Below are positions 35,500 to 46,237 of a stretch of DNA of 64,000 bases, piece after piece. This DNA is from Blepharisma stoltei ATCC 30299 (Eukaryota; Protista; Ciliophora). Position 1 is the stretch's first letter; each line of letters opens with the position of its first letter. The translations under genes and the position numbers were made by a program. The stretch is taken from positions 372,001 to 436,000 of the forward strand of contig CBFDEM010000015.1 in the NCBI GenBank assembly GCA_965603825.1, read 5' to 3'. Under the pieces are notes generated by a model. The model was not told the DNA's origin and did no database searches. It saw nothing but the letters and a program-made list of their open reading frames with translations.

Positions 35500-36816
35500 A
35501 TGGAAGTCTTGGACGCAATAGCGGAATCTCTTTGGGCTTTTATAAGGGACAGCCAACTCTCACTTCCTCTGAACTTAAATGTATCTTTTATATAGTCTTG
35601 CGAAGCTTTAAAATCTTGGCATCCAACAATAAATCTTCCAGACACACAAACTTTTTGGCATGAAACATCAGAGATTTCCTATTGCCGTCTACGAGGTATG
35701 GTCCAAAACCAATCAGAGCCAGAAATGTTGGTTGGCTTCTTTATAGAAGAAGACAAGATTTACTCCACTAAATTTGGTAGAGTCCCAAAAGAGTCATCTT
35801 CTCTAATAGATTCAATTATAATACAGAGATATCCAATAAAAGTAATTTCAGTCCCTGGCGAGAGAAATTGTGGAGAAGTTCCTAGGGTCTTTTTATATGA
35901 TGAATCTGGAGAAACCATAAAATTAAACACAATTATTGACGGCTTTGGAATTTTCATTGAAGGAGAATTCCATATGATAAAACTCATTAATGAGCCTGAA
36001 GTTATAGAAATACCTGATGGAAGATCTGAAGTTTTGTCAGGAATTTCTCAGAGTTTAGGTGGAGACTTATTAGCAGCCGAACTTGTCTTGTACAATCTTT
36101 TATCAAAAGTTCAAGAGCGGCGATCAATGGTTGGGATACTTCCTATAAACCTTATCAACCTCTCAGATCCTCAAATATTTATTTCTTCCATATCATCATT
36201 AATTCGGACAGTTTCCTTGCCTCTTACAATAAATTCTCTATCAACTCAGAACTTTACCCCAACCAAAAACTACGAAAATGATGAGCTTGAAGCTTCCCCC
36301 TTGCAAATTCCTGATAATTCATTGCTAATATTAGATGAAACCCAACTCTCATCTGGACAGCTAAATGAGCAAGGAATAAAGAACTTACAAACATTAGCAC
36401 ATCTTATCGAGAGGCAGCAGATATCTTATGATTTCAAATATTACCAGTCAGAGTTTCAGACTGATATAAAAATCATCAGCATCTCAAGCGGAAGATCTCT
36501 ATTGAAACTGCCTTTATTCATAGCTGTAAGAGAATCTGCAAGCCCTGCTGCAGTGATTTTTACCACTACTCATGCCGATTATATCAAAGGATGCTCAAAA
36601 ATTGCTGTAGCTATGTCAGATGAAATCATAAAAACTGCGCAAAATTACTTTGTAAACCAAAGACAAAGCTCAAGCATTTCTGAAGAAGAATTCCACTTAT
36701 TGTTAACCTTAACAAGATATATCGCCCAAAGCGAAAGGAAAACAAGCGCAGAAGTCTCACATTGGGAGCAAGCTAAAACTCTTCTCTGTGGCATAAAGTC
36801 AAGACAAACTAATTAA
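35500..36816 (+). CDS. MCMBP: Mini-chromosome maintenance complex-binding protein
   Basis: ATG at 35500, intron 35581-35595. CRLRGMVQN..EPE, VISVPGE, LGGDLLAAELVL..LLSKV, PTKNYENDEL...LQ, LILDETQL..GQLNEQGIKN, YDFKYY. Confidence 0.88.
35581..35595 (+). other. 15-nt intron GTATCTTTTATATAG
   Basis: Phase 0, in-frame TAG, A at position 10. Confidence 0.85.
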
Positions 36817-36862
36817 GAATCTTTCTATAAACGCCTCCATATAAAATCTTAACCTGATTAAG

Positions 36863-37522
36863 TTAACGATTACCCTTAGCAATTCTCTCAATTTCGTCTT
36901 TCTTCTTAATTGCGTAGCTATTAGCTGATCCTTTAGCAGCGTTCATGATTTCATCAGCCAAGCATTCTGCAATTGTTTTGATGTTTCTAAAAGCTGAAGC
37001 TCTTGCTCCTGCGCAGATCAAGTAAATTCCTGTGTTGACTCTTCTAAGAGGTGACACATCAACAGCTTGACGTCTTGCCACACCACCAGTTCCAATTCTT
37101 GTGGAGTCTTCTCTTGGTCCAGCGTTGCTTACAGCGTTAATAACGACTTGGATTGGATTTTCTCCTGTGAGCAAGTGAATGATTTCTAAAGTATGCTTCA
37201 CAATCCTAACAGCCATAAGTTTCTTGCCTGTGTTTCTCCCGTGCATCATCAAAGAATTTACAAGTCTTTCAATGATTGGACAAGCGGCCTTGCGGAATCT
37301 CTTTTTCTGCCATCTTCCAGCAGTATGTGGGACGAAGGTTTTGGCTCTGGAGTTGAAAATGCTGATGTAGTCGGTGAGAGAGGTGTCACGGACTTCAAGA
37401 TCAGAGTAAGTCCACTTGCCAAAGAGTTTGACTTCTTCTTCGAATTCGCGAGCTTCTGGTTGTTGAGCTTCGACAGGTGTCTCCTGTTGAGCAGTCGTCT
37501 CTTCCCATCCACTCTGTGCCAT
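36863..37522 (-). CDS. RPS5: 40S ribosomal protein S5 (uS7)
   Basis: [67 protein letters not shown]. Confidence 0.98.
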   Translation of the reverse strand: MAQSGWEETTAQQETPVEAQQPEAREFEEEVKLFGKWTYSDLEVRDTSLTDYISIFNSRAKTFVPHTAGRWQKKRFRKAACPIIERLVNSLMMHGRNTGKKLMAVRIVKHTLEIIHLLTGENPIQVVINAVSNAGPREDSTRIGTGGVARRQAVDVSPLRRVNTGIYLICAGARASAFRNIKTIAECLADEIMNAAKGSANSYAIKKKDEIERIAKGNR

Positions 37523-38082
37523 ATTTTTAGAAATTTATGAGTATGTGAGAGTGAAGAGATTTTTAGGAATTTTGAGAGTTATTGGGAAGCTTTTAAGGAA
37601 AAAGCGAGATGTGGAGATAGTGTTGAGTGAAAAATAATTTAAAATAAATGGAAAGCGGAATTAGAAAAAGAAGATGAGAGTTTAAGATTGTTTGGATTTT
37701 TGGTTGGGTAAATGAAAGTGTGGGATTTGATTTATTATTAGATTCTGCTTAAAAGATGAAATTGATAAAAATCTCAAGCAAAATTAGCATATATTATTTT
37801 AGAGCATTTGAATATCATATTATTTTTGATTGTCATAAAGCTTGATAAGCATTAAGAATCCTACGTGACCATTTTTCAAAGCATAAATAAATGAAGCCAA
37901 AATGAAAAACAAAGTTTTCTATTTTTAAGCTTAAATCATATCAAAACAAAGATAAGCTCATGAAATATTTTATATATTTATAATTATTGCGGGAAATTGA
38001 GTCTCAATCAAAAAGAGGCATTAAGCTGTAAGAATCATTTTATGATTCAACTTTATAAGAATAAGAAAGAACACTAGAAAAA

Positions 38083-38153
38083 GTCGAGGCCAGGGATTGA
38101 ACCTGGGTTACTCGGGCGTGGGCCGAGTATGATAACCACTACACTACCTCAGA
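38083..38153 (-). tRNA. Aberrant tRNA-like gene: Glu-type body, CAC (Val) anticodon; possible pseudogene
   Basis: TCTGAGG TA GTGT AGTGGTTA TCAT A CTCGG CCCACGC CCGAG TAAC CCAGG TTCAATC CCTGG CCTCGA C then TTTTT. Intact A/B boxes and stems, but C33 and a one-base-short 3' acceptor strand. Confidence 0.65.
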
Positions 38154-38324
38154 TTAAAATGGTGCCTACAAAACGAGTACTTCTATGTCAGATTCTATGT
38201 TAGCCAAAAATATACTAAACACACTTATTAGGCTGCTTTAAATCAAATATGGGAGTCAATTTCTGTTTTCGAAATAAAAATATGTTGAGTATTTTAAACA
38301 GAGTTAGTAAAAAGCTGTAAAATA

Positions 38325-38395
38325 GTCTGGGGCCAGGGATCGAACCTGGGTCTTTCGGATGAAAGCCGAAGATGCTACCTCTACACCACCTCAGA
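38325..38395 (-). tRNA. tRNA-Glu (TTC)
   Basis: TCTGAGG TG GTGT AGAGGTA GCAT C TTCGG CTTTCAT CCGAA AGAC CCAGG TTCGATC CCTGG CCCCAGA C; cloverleaf with one acceptor mismatch (A5.C68). Confidence 0.85.
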
Positions 38396-38413
38396 TATTT
38401 CTTTTTATCCTAT

Positions 38414-40714
38414 CTATTGACTTCTATTAATTATAGGCATTAGAGCTTGATAAACAACTCCTAAAAAGTCTTGCATCCACCTTCCATTCTGTGCTTTAGC
38501 CGTTAGCTGCACCTCTCCAGTCCTATTAAAGACATTCAACTCAATTAAAAATGGACTTCCACTGCTGGCTTCTCTTGCGTAAAAATATAATTTCAAAAGC
38601 CCACTATCTTCTCCACTTGCCATGCACAAAATGTTCAGCCTTGCAAAATTATTTTCTACCTCATCAAGTCCAGCTGGTCTAGATAATCTTTCATTAATAA
38701 ACTGCTGATCTGTTGCAGTTGCCCATAAATTCTGAAACTCATCAGACTCCATCGAAGGATTTACTTCAAGCGAAAAAGATGATGACGTTATATCTCCTAA
38801 ATTTTGGTCCAATAAGTCTAATGATAATAAGTCTGTGGCTTGTGGCTCCATGTGATTGCTTGAGGAGTTTATTATATGTCCTTCTCCTTCGTCAGCAACT
38901 AGTTGGGCGGCAGGCTTTAGGATGGCTTTAGAAGGTTTCTGGTAGATAACACTCAACTGGTTGAATTCTTGGCATAAGGTTTCTGTAAGTTGGGTGCGAT
39001 CATCTTCATAGAAAACTTGTATGGGGTGCTTATCACAATTTATTATTTGATCTGCAATATCTGGGTCACTTTGAAGAAGCTTATAATAAAAGCCTGCTCT
39101 ATCATGAATATCAGGGTTGTCACAATCATTAAAAAGCAGCTTAAAAAGAGTTGATAATGTATTCTGCATTTCAGGCGCACGCTTCAAAAAGAGTTTCACG
39201 CTAGCAGTTAATAGCGCATATGTTATTTGCAAATTTTCACTAGGATTAGTATTATCAACAATCCCTTGCAAAATATAAGGAGCGTCTTCAATTTCGTTTC
39301 CAAACTCACCAATCATCCATATTATTGCTGCTTTTCCTTCATCATTATTCACTATTTCTAAAGAGCTTGCAAGCTGGTTGATGATTTCTGAGCTTAAATT
39401 TCTATACTTTCTTAATAAATCTTTCATGCTCACCAATGTTTCAGTAATAACATAGTCAATTCCGCAGCTTAGAAATCCAATGAGTTGTCTAATAACTGCA
39501 GTGCTTGATGACTGAATTCTCATAGCGATAGTTGCAATGCCTCTGATTGATTGTTTACTCATTTCTATATTGACGTCAGTGACATAAGCACAAAGTTCAT
39601 TTACAATGTCATTCAAATTATTTTCAGTGGCAATCATCTTTAATATGTCGATTTTTAAAAATTTGATATATGTAGGCTCATCATATTTGCAGAAGAAATT
39701 TTTATAGTCATTTTCAAAGACTTCTGCAGCTCCTCTGGATATAATCAAGTTTATATGAGCAAGCACACAATATGATAATTCATAAGCTTCAGCCACCTCT
39801 CCTCCTACAAAAAGTGTGATAAGAGGTGCTTGAACTCTAGAAAACACCTGTTTTAGCAGCGCTGGGTTATCCTTGGTGAGGTTCATAAAGACTTTGATGC
39901 AGCCTAGCACAACACTGCTTGATGCATGTCTTAGTTTGTCTTCTAAAATATTTAAAATATCCAGCATTTCTTCATCATCCTGAGGCACATATCTTGCAAT
40001 GATATCAAAAATTGTGCTTTGTCCAAACTCATTGAATTGGTGAATCCTATTTAATAAATAAATACACATTTTTCGATTAATCGCAATTCCTCCTTCATTT
40101 TCCAATATTTCATTCAACGCTATGATTGCATTAGAAGAGACTGTTGGGTCTGGATCTCTTATAAGTTCGTAAAGGGTATTTATAAAAGAATTTTCTGTTC
40201 CTTGATCTTTAGAATGGCGATGCAATTTTATAAGCCCTATGATAGCTGTTCGCCTGACATATGGGTCTGGGTCTCCCAGCCCTTCTGTAATGGCTCCTTG
40301 GATATATTCAACTGCTCCTGGGAATCTTAATGAGCACAGCGTTCTTAAGGCTAGGCCTCTTATTTTGGCATCAGGATTGGTTCTTCTGCAGTCTTTTGAA
40401 AATGTATTGATTGCCATTAGTGCTTGATCTTGGTTAGCTTCTACGTAGGAAACCAGATATAGATAAATCATTTTTTTCTGCACAATGTCATTCGTTGATG
40501 AAATCAAGACCATGTCTGTGAATAGTTTGGACACATCTATACCTAATGTCATATATGCAATCACTTTTTTGATTACTTCACGACGCTTATTGACGTTACG
40601 TTCGTTCATTATGCCTTTCAGAAGTGTACGAAGCTCATTTACTTCGCTTTTTTTGTTGTCGACAAAAAATTGAGGAGGAGCTGAGGCAGGTTGAGGCTTC
40701 CCAGGTGTAGTCAT
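38414..40714 (-). CDS. AP4B1: Beta-adaptin, most like the AP-4 beta subunit
   Basis: KKVIAYMTLGIDVSKLF.DM, KKMIYLY, IRGLALRTLCSLR, DPDPYVRRTA, DIHDRAGFYYKLL; short hinge and single-subdomain ear (766 aa). Confidence 0.85.
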   Translation of the reverse strand: MTTPGKPQPASAPPQFFVDNKKSEVNELRTLLKGIMNERNVNKRREVIKKVIAYMTLGIDVSKLFTDMVLISSTNDIVQKKMIYLYLVSYVEANQDQALMAINTFSKDCRRTNPDAKIRGLALRTLCSLRFPGAVEYIQGAITEGLGDPDPYVRRTAIIGLIKLHRHSKDQGTENSFINTLYELIRDPDPTVSSNAIIALNEILENEGGIAINRKMCIYLLNRIHQFNEFGQSTIFDIIARYVPQDDEEMLDILNILEDKLRHASSSVVLGCIKVFMNLTKDNPALLKQVFSRVQAPLITLFVGGEVAEAYELSYCVLAHINLIISRGAAEVFENDYKNFFCKYDEPTYIKFLKIDILKMIATENNLNDIVNELCAYVTDVNIEMSKQSIRGIATIAMRIQSSSTAVIRQLIGFLSCGIDYVITETLVSMKDLLRKYRNLSSEIINQLASSLEIVNNDEGKAAIIWMIGEFGNEIEDAPYILQGIVDNTNPSENLQITYALLTASVKLFLKRAPEMQNTLSTLFKLLFNDCDNPDIHDRAGFYYKLLQSDPDIADQIINCDKHPIQVFYEDDRTQLTETLCQEFNQLSVIYQKPSKAILKPAAQLVADEGEGHIINSSSNHMEPQATDLLSLDLLDQNLGDITSSSFSLEVNPSMESDEFQNLWATATDQQFINERLSRPAGLDEVENNFARLNILCMASGEDSGLLKLYFYAREASSGSPFLIELNVFNRTGEVQLTAKAQNGRWMQDFLGVVYQALMPIINRSQ

Positions 40715-41497
40715 TTTTATTAGAAATTAAGAATTTAGAATTTTGTGGAAATTATATTAAATATCTTAATATGGATTGCAATAAATTAAAATATGCTGAT
40801 TAGGAAAGCAATCGCTTATTCAGACTGCAGATAAATTTATTTAAAAGATGTTTTTAATTTTATAAGTTTATAATTAAAGTATTTATTCTTAATAATTATA
40901 TAGCAAAGTGCTTGGATTTGAATTGTTTTATATCTGTCAGTCTTTAAAAATATACTAAACTTTATTGAAAAATTTAAAGATCGAACTTCTGAATATACCT
41001 CATCAAGATGTTGCAATATGAAAGATATTATAACACTATATATCCCAATAAATAGATATCATATTCTTCACTAAACTTATAATATAAAAAAATAACGTAT
41101 AGAAATTTCTTTTCTCTCGGATTGGAAATCTTTCTTTCGCCAATTCTAATTGTTAGGATTCTTCAGGCCTGATGTATCTAGTTGGTGCGCTTGAGAAATA
41201 AAGGATTACCTCAAAAATTTAAGCGCCTTAGAGGAGCTTTAAAAATCTGAACACTTGAAGATTATAGGCTATTAAAAATCAACATATCAAGATGATAGTG
41301 GATAAGGAATCGAAAAGCAAAGACAGAAACCATGATGCCATACTATTCATTAAAATGAAGACAATCATGAATAATTAAGATTTAATAAAATTTTATTAAA
41401 ATTACAATGCAAATATGTCCAAATATTAAGCCTTATAAGCAAAGAAAAAAAACTTCATACTTATCAAGCTAAGATAGATTGCTACAAAATAATTAAA

Positions 41498-41917
41498 TTA
41501 AAAGAATTCACCTTCAGGAGGCTGAGGCAGATTCTTATTACAGATATTTTTCATTTCTTTATATAATTCAATGAGTATTGATTCAATTGTATAGGAAGAA
41601 TTCCAATTTCCGAGAATTCGAAATTGTGACGGGTCAATTGAGCCATTACACTTATTAATACAATTCATGTTTATTTTTGTCAGAAATCTTACTTGTGGAG
41701 CTTCTTGTGGATAGTTTTCACTGCAATGGAAATGCAATGAGTAAAATCTATCTTCGTGAACACTCCCTGATGGGCCGATTATCATGCCTCTTCAGTTACT
41801 TAATGTATTATCATCAGCTCTTTCAAGGCTATAACTGATATTGGGGTCTCTAAGACCTTTTTCGCCTCTTTCAAGCTCATCTAAAAGTCTGAAATTTCGT
41901 GGAATTGCTCTATGCAT
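41498..41917 (-). CDS. MMS2: Ubiquitin-conjugating enzyme E2 variant (UEV1/MMS2)
   Basis: [17 protein letters not shown]...DDNTLSN(W=TGA 41792-41794)RGMIIGP...LPQPPEG. Confidence 0.92.
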
Positions 41918-42183
41918 CAATATGGAAATTATTTTATTAAATTAGTAAAAACAAGTAAACAAGTTATTGATCTGGTTTAATTTTTCTTATATAAAGATAA
42001 AGTTTTTCCTCTGTCATTTTATTTAAATTCTAAAAATTTTAATTATTTAAATATATGAGAATAAAATTTTTTTACACTAATAAAGAAGAGTATTTCACTT
42101 TCCTATTTTGTGTCATATCAATAAAGTCAAATTTAATTATTCTTTAATTATACTGAGCTAATCTTTTATATAGCTTTCTCAAT

Positions 42184-43056
42184 ATGGAAAACCCAAGATT
42201 ATCTAAAAAGGAAAAGAAGCTGCTCAAATACCAAAAATCAAAAGAGCTAAAACAAAATCAAAAGAAAAAGAACAATAAAGCCAAAAAAGAGAAAAGAGCT
42301 GAAATGTTAGCATCAATGGCAGATGAACAAAGAGCAGAGTTTATAGCTAATGAAAAATCTTCAAATCAAATCTTAGAGGCTGAATGGCTTAGAGTTATCA
42401 ATGAAGGGACGCCCTTAATCTTTGATTTATCATTTTGCAGTCTTATGAATGAGTTAGAAATAAATTCTTTAATCACCCAGATTGCCCATTCAATAGGCTT
42501 TTTGCGTAAAAACGAAAAGCAATTTTTCAAGTTGATTTGCTGCAGTGTTTCTGGAGAAGTTAAAGAAAAATTGGAAAAAAGAAGTGGAAAGAACTGAAAT
42601 CTACAATTAAGGGAAGAAGACATTGATGCTTTGCCTGAATTGTCAGGAAAACAAATAATTATGATGTCACCTGACGCTCCAGATCCTTTAATTGACGTAG
42701 ATCTAGAAAATTCTGTCTATGTCATAGGAGGACTTGTAGATCGAACCCGAAAAAATTCCATAACCTTAAACAAAGCAGTACAAAAGAATTTTAGGGCTTA
42801 TAGACTGCCAATACAGGAAGAAATAACACAAGTAAACTTTATATAGAAAATACGAGTTGTTTTAAATATCAACACAGTAGTAGAAATATTACATAAAAAA
42901 GCAAGCGGGATGCCTTGGAAAGAAGCTTTAAATTCAAGCATTCCGCAACGTCTTTTCAGACAAGTAGAAGAGAGCAATAAAAAATCTCAACAAAATCAAA
43001 TTTTGACACCCAAAAAGATTGACAAGAGCCCAAAAATTGAAGAAGCTAAGAATTAA
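42184..43056 (+). CDS. TRM10: tRNA m1G9 methyltransferase Trm10 family
   Basis: IFDLSF..LMNE.EI.SL..Q, N(W=TGA 42595), MSPDA, YVIGGLVDR, RLPI; after intron 42832-42846, VLNINTVVEIL...WKEAL...IPQR. Confidence 0.9.
42832..42846 (+). other. 15-nt intron GTAAACTTTATATAG
   Basis: Phase 0, in-frame TAG; removal restores the Trm10 C-terminus. Confidence 0.9.
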
Positions 43057-43096
43057 GAGATTCGTTTAATTGTTTTAATTTTTTAAGTCTTACGAT

Positions 43097-43342
43097 TTAT
43101 TTCCAATCTGCTTCTTTAAGATCATGACAATAAATGCCAAACCTAACTAATGAATATTGATTGATACCGAGGCTTTCAATGGTGGCATTATCAGGAGCTC
43201 TGCCCATAAAAACAAATACGATGTCTTCTGGTGGACAACCTTGAGAAGCTCCTATCAGATACTTAAGTTGCTTCATAGTAGTATGCGGTTCAACTTCAAG
43301 CTGGAGTAGATTTTCAGTTATGAGTCTAACGTTAATAAGCAT
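43097..43342 (-). CDS. Ubiquitin-like small protein lacking C-terminal GG
   Basis: MLINVRLIT...LQLEVEP..T..QLK..I...QG.PPE...VF.GR..D..T.ESLGI matches the ubiquitin-fold pattern. Confidence 0.75.
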   Translation of the reverse strand: MLINVRLITENLLQLEVEPHTTMKQLKYLIGASQGCPPEDIVFVFMGRAPDNATIESLGINQYSLVRFGIYCHDLKEADWK

Positions 43343-43395
43343 ATATACAGATAATTTTTCCCATAACAGAATATATAAGTACTTGCATATTTAAA

Positions 43396-45003
43396 CTAAT
43401 TAATAAACTGTGAAAATTGAAATGCTTCTGAATTATAATTAATTTGTAAATCACTATTAGGAGCTGCTCCAAAATATGTGTCGACAATGCAAGCTGCGCA
43501 TTTCGAAACTTCTTCGTTTATATGATTTTGTAATATTTCTAATTGGTTAAGGCACCCTGAGCTTTCAAATAAATATACAAAAGCACTAGTATCTTCATCT
43601 CCATTTAGGCCTAATCTTAATATTGAGTCACAAGCCTGCAATAAGTTCATCACCATCTCTGCATCAATTTCTTTAAGTGCTACTGTAATCAGAGGAATGA
43701 TGTTCATTTGAATCATTTTGAGTTTTACTTCATTTTTACCTAAGGAGAATAAATTCTTTATAATAAAGCTGCCTTCTTTCCTAATTATTGAGTTCGGGTA
43801 AATCAAGCTTTCTGTAACTTTTGGGAAAATTTCGTGATTTACGAGAATTTCCGACTGCAGTGGGGTGCCAGCTGCAATATTACTGATAGTCCAAAAAATA
43901 TCTTTCAATATTTTTATATCTTCATTGTCAAGTATATTCATTAAAACGCTCAATATATCCTTTTCAAGCAGTCACTGGGTTTGTGCTGGAGATCCTGAAC
44001 TAATATTTCCTACAATCCTTATGCATGGCTCAACAATCACATTTCTATTATACTCTAATCCTTTTATTACATAAGTAAATAACCCAGAATCGATCACTTG
44101 CTGTACCTTTGCATTCTCTTTTTTACTTATATGCCCTAATGTTCTCAAACAATTGGCATGAATTTCGTCATTATCTATATCAATTAATAGCGATACACAT
44201 TGAATTATCTTTTGTGTATCATCACATGTAATATAATTTGAACATCCTGATAAAATGCAAAGGCAATGTGAAACAATGTTCTTTAAATCTAGAGAAGCAT
44301 TTGGAACATTGGTAATAACAGAAATAAGCAGATCTACAAGCCCATAATTCACTAATGAAATTTGATACTGCATACAATCGCCTGCAATATTTGATAGAGC
44401 CCATATGCAATGCTCTTTGACTTCATTTGCACTGAAAACTATAGCGTTTGCAAGATGATTTACAAGATCTTTTTTTAATAGCATTTCGACATAATCATGA
44501 GGCCCCGATAATAAATTACAAATGATCCATGCAGCTTCTTTTTGTATGATATCGCCATACTCAATTCCTAAGCATCTCACTAATAAATCTCCTATTCCAA
44601 GGTTGGAAAAAATTCCTATTGGAGCTGCTTGCTCTATTGCAAGCATTGATCTAAAAGTAGCTAAGATAATAGAAAGGATGTTTATTGGAGGATTACCCTC
44701 TGCAATTTCTTTGAGTATTTTAAGCTTTTCTATATCAGAAATTTCAGTGCTTGCTAGTTCTGGCCGCAGTTCGACTAATTGTGTAGGAATTTCATTGATT
44801 ACTAAGATTTCTTGCCCATCTAATCCTGATGCCTGAATTGTTCCTGTTTTGCATGCTCTTTTTTTAGCTGAGTCTAAAGTTCGTTTTTTACGTCTTAGCT
44901 TTACAGATAAATTATAGCGGCGCTTGCTAGATTCATCTTCATCAGGAGTTTTCTGGAAATTTTTAGTTCTTTCTGAAAAGCGGTCATTATTAGATTCTTC
45001 CAT
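43396..45003 (-). CDS. Importin subunit alpha (divergent)
   Basis: IBB-like RR...SVKLRRKKR; ARM motifs EAAWIICNL.SG, WALSNIAGD, IRIVGNI.SG, WTISNIAAGT, LE.LQNH.NEEV; TGA at 43972 read through. Confidence 0.9.
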
Positions 45004-45039
45004 TTCTTTAAAGTAAAATTATCTATTACTCTCGTTAGA

Positions 45040-46188
45040 TTAATTGAAAATACCTTTTAAGTTCTTTTGAGATGAAATTAATTCGCCAGTTCTCTTCAAG
45101 TTTGAAGACGTGCTTTTAAGGGATGTGCTGGATTTTCTATTATAGCTTCTCGCTAGTGGTATTGGAATTTTGATGCCATCTCTTCCAACAGGCTGTTTTT
45201 CTTGAAGCATTTTTAAGTGCTTATCTCTTTGGTCAAGGAAATTATTTTTCTTTTTTTCTGCCTTAGGTGGCTGTGGCGATTCTATGCTTAGCATAGGCGC
45301 TATAGGCTCGTTTATTTTAATTGGCTTATCGTTCTCCATGTTGAGTATCCACAAGCCTTTTGTTGATGCAATGTCTTCAAACTTCATCCCATAAGTATTA
45401 TCTGCTTCAAGTTCTTCATCAGCTTGAACCCTCCAAAAATCAGCATCTTTAATAGGTGGAGGCTTCACATCTTTGTTTCCTTGGTAAAACTTTTCAAACT
45501 GGATATTTTGTTGCACTCTTTGGTACTGTTCTGCTAACACAGATTGGCTATTTCTACATAGAAGTTACACAATATCAGTCAAGCTTTTTAATTTTTTATT
45601 TTTGTCTTCAAGCTCTTCTCTTAAAGCTTCAATAATTAATTTCTGTTGCTGGCACAAGCCTTGGTAATTCACTATTTCTGTTTGTAGAAGGGAGATGGTA
45701 TCAGCATATGATTGTTCTTGGATAGGAGGCTCGATGTCTAGGTTACATATAGAAGTTACATCTTCAATGATTTGTAATGTTAAACTTTTGCATATCTCTT
45801 CTACACGATTTTTTACATTCCCAGTTTCAAATTCATTTAAAAATCTGAGTGTTGGGGTTTCTTTTGAAAAATACACAATTTCGCTTGCAATGCAAGCAAT
45901 GTAAGTCGGGAATTCTTTTATCCCTAAATCAGTACATAGCGGACAGCTTATTCCTTGTGGCCCAGATCATTGTATTTGATAAGGGAAGGATTCTGCTTGC
46001 TTTCACTGCTGCAGTGGGATATAATCCTGCCCCACAAAAATGAGCGTCAGTTTCATCAAGATTTCGTCTGGGATGGCTTTAATAAAGTAACGAGTTTCAT
46101 AGTTGAAAAATAACAAGCACGCTGAAGAGTTCGCTAGATCAAGGCTAATTGTTTCTGGGGTAGGAATTGAATAGAGAGAATGCTGCAT
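45040..46188 (-). CDS. Hypothetical protein (weak thioredoxin-like N-terminus, coiled coil)
   Basis: Two TGA and intron 45554-45568 join three ORFs; LCTDLGIKEFPTY resembles the thioredoxin cis-Pro region. Confidence 0.6.
45554..45568 (-). other. 15-nt intron GTAACTTCTATGTAG
   Basis: Removes in-frame TAA and joins to ORF 45040-45540. Confidence 0.85.
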
Positions 46189-46237
46189 GATTTTTATAAT
46201 TTTTTTTTGATTTATAATTATACTAAACTAAATTATC

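Noticed and set aside
35295-35663. ORFs 35295-35486 (-) and 35451-35663 (+)
   Set aside because: No motifs; the second is out of frame with the intron-supported MCMBP first exon.
41160-41380. Coding-like stretch (PDVSSWCAWEIKDYLKNL, SAM-domain-like start)
   Set aside because: Multiple TAA stops, no start codon and too short to assign; at most an old gene relic.
42844-42846. TAG/TAA read-through (ambiguous code as in Condylostoma, or Gln code)
   Set aside because: Internal TAA/TAG in conserved genes lie within 15-nt GT-AG introns whose removal restores the expected alignment.
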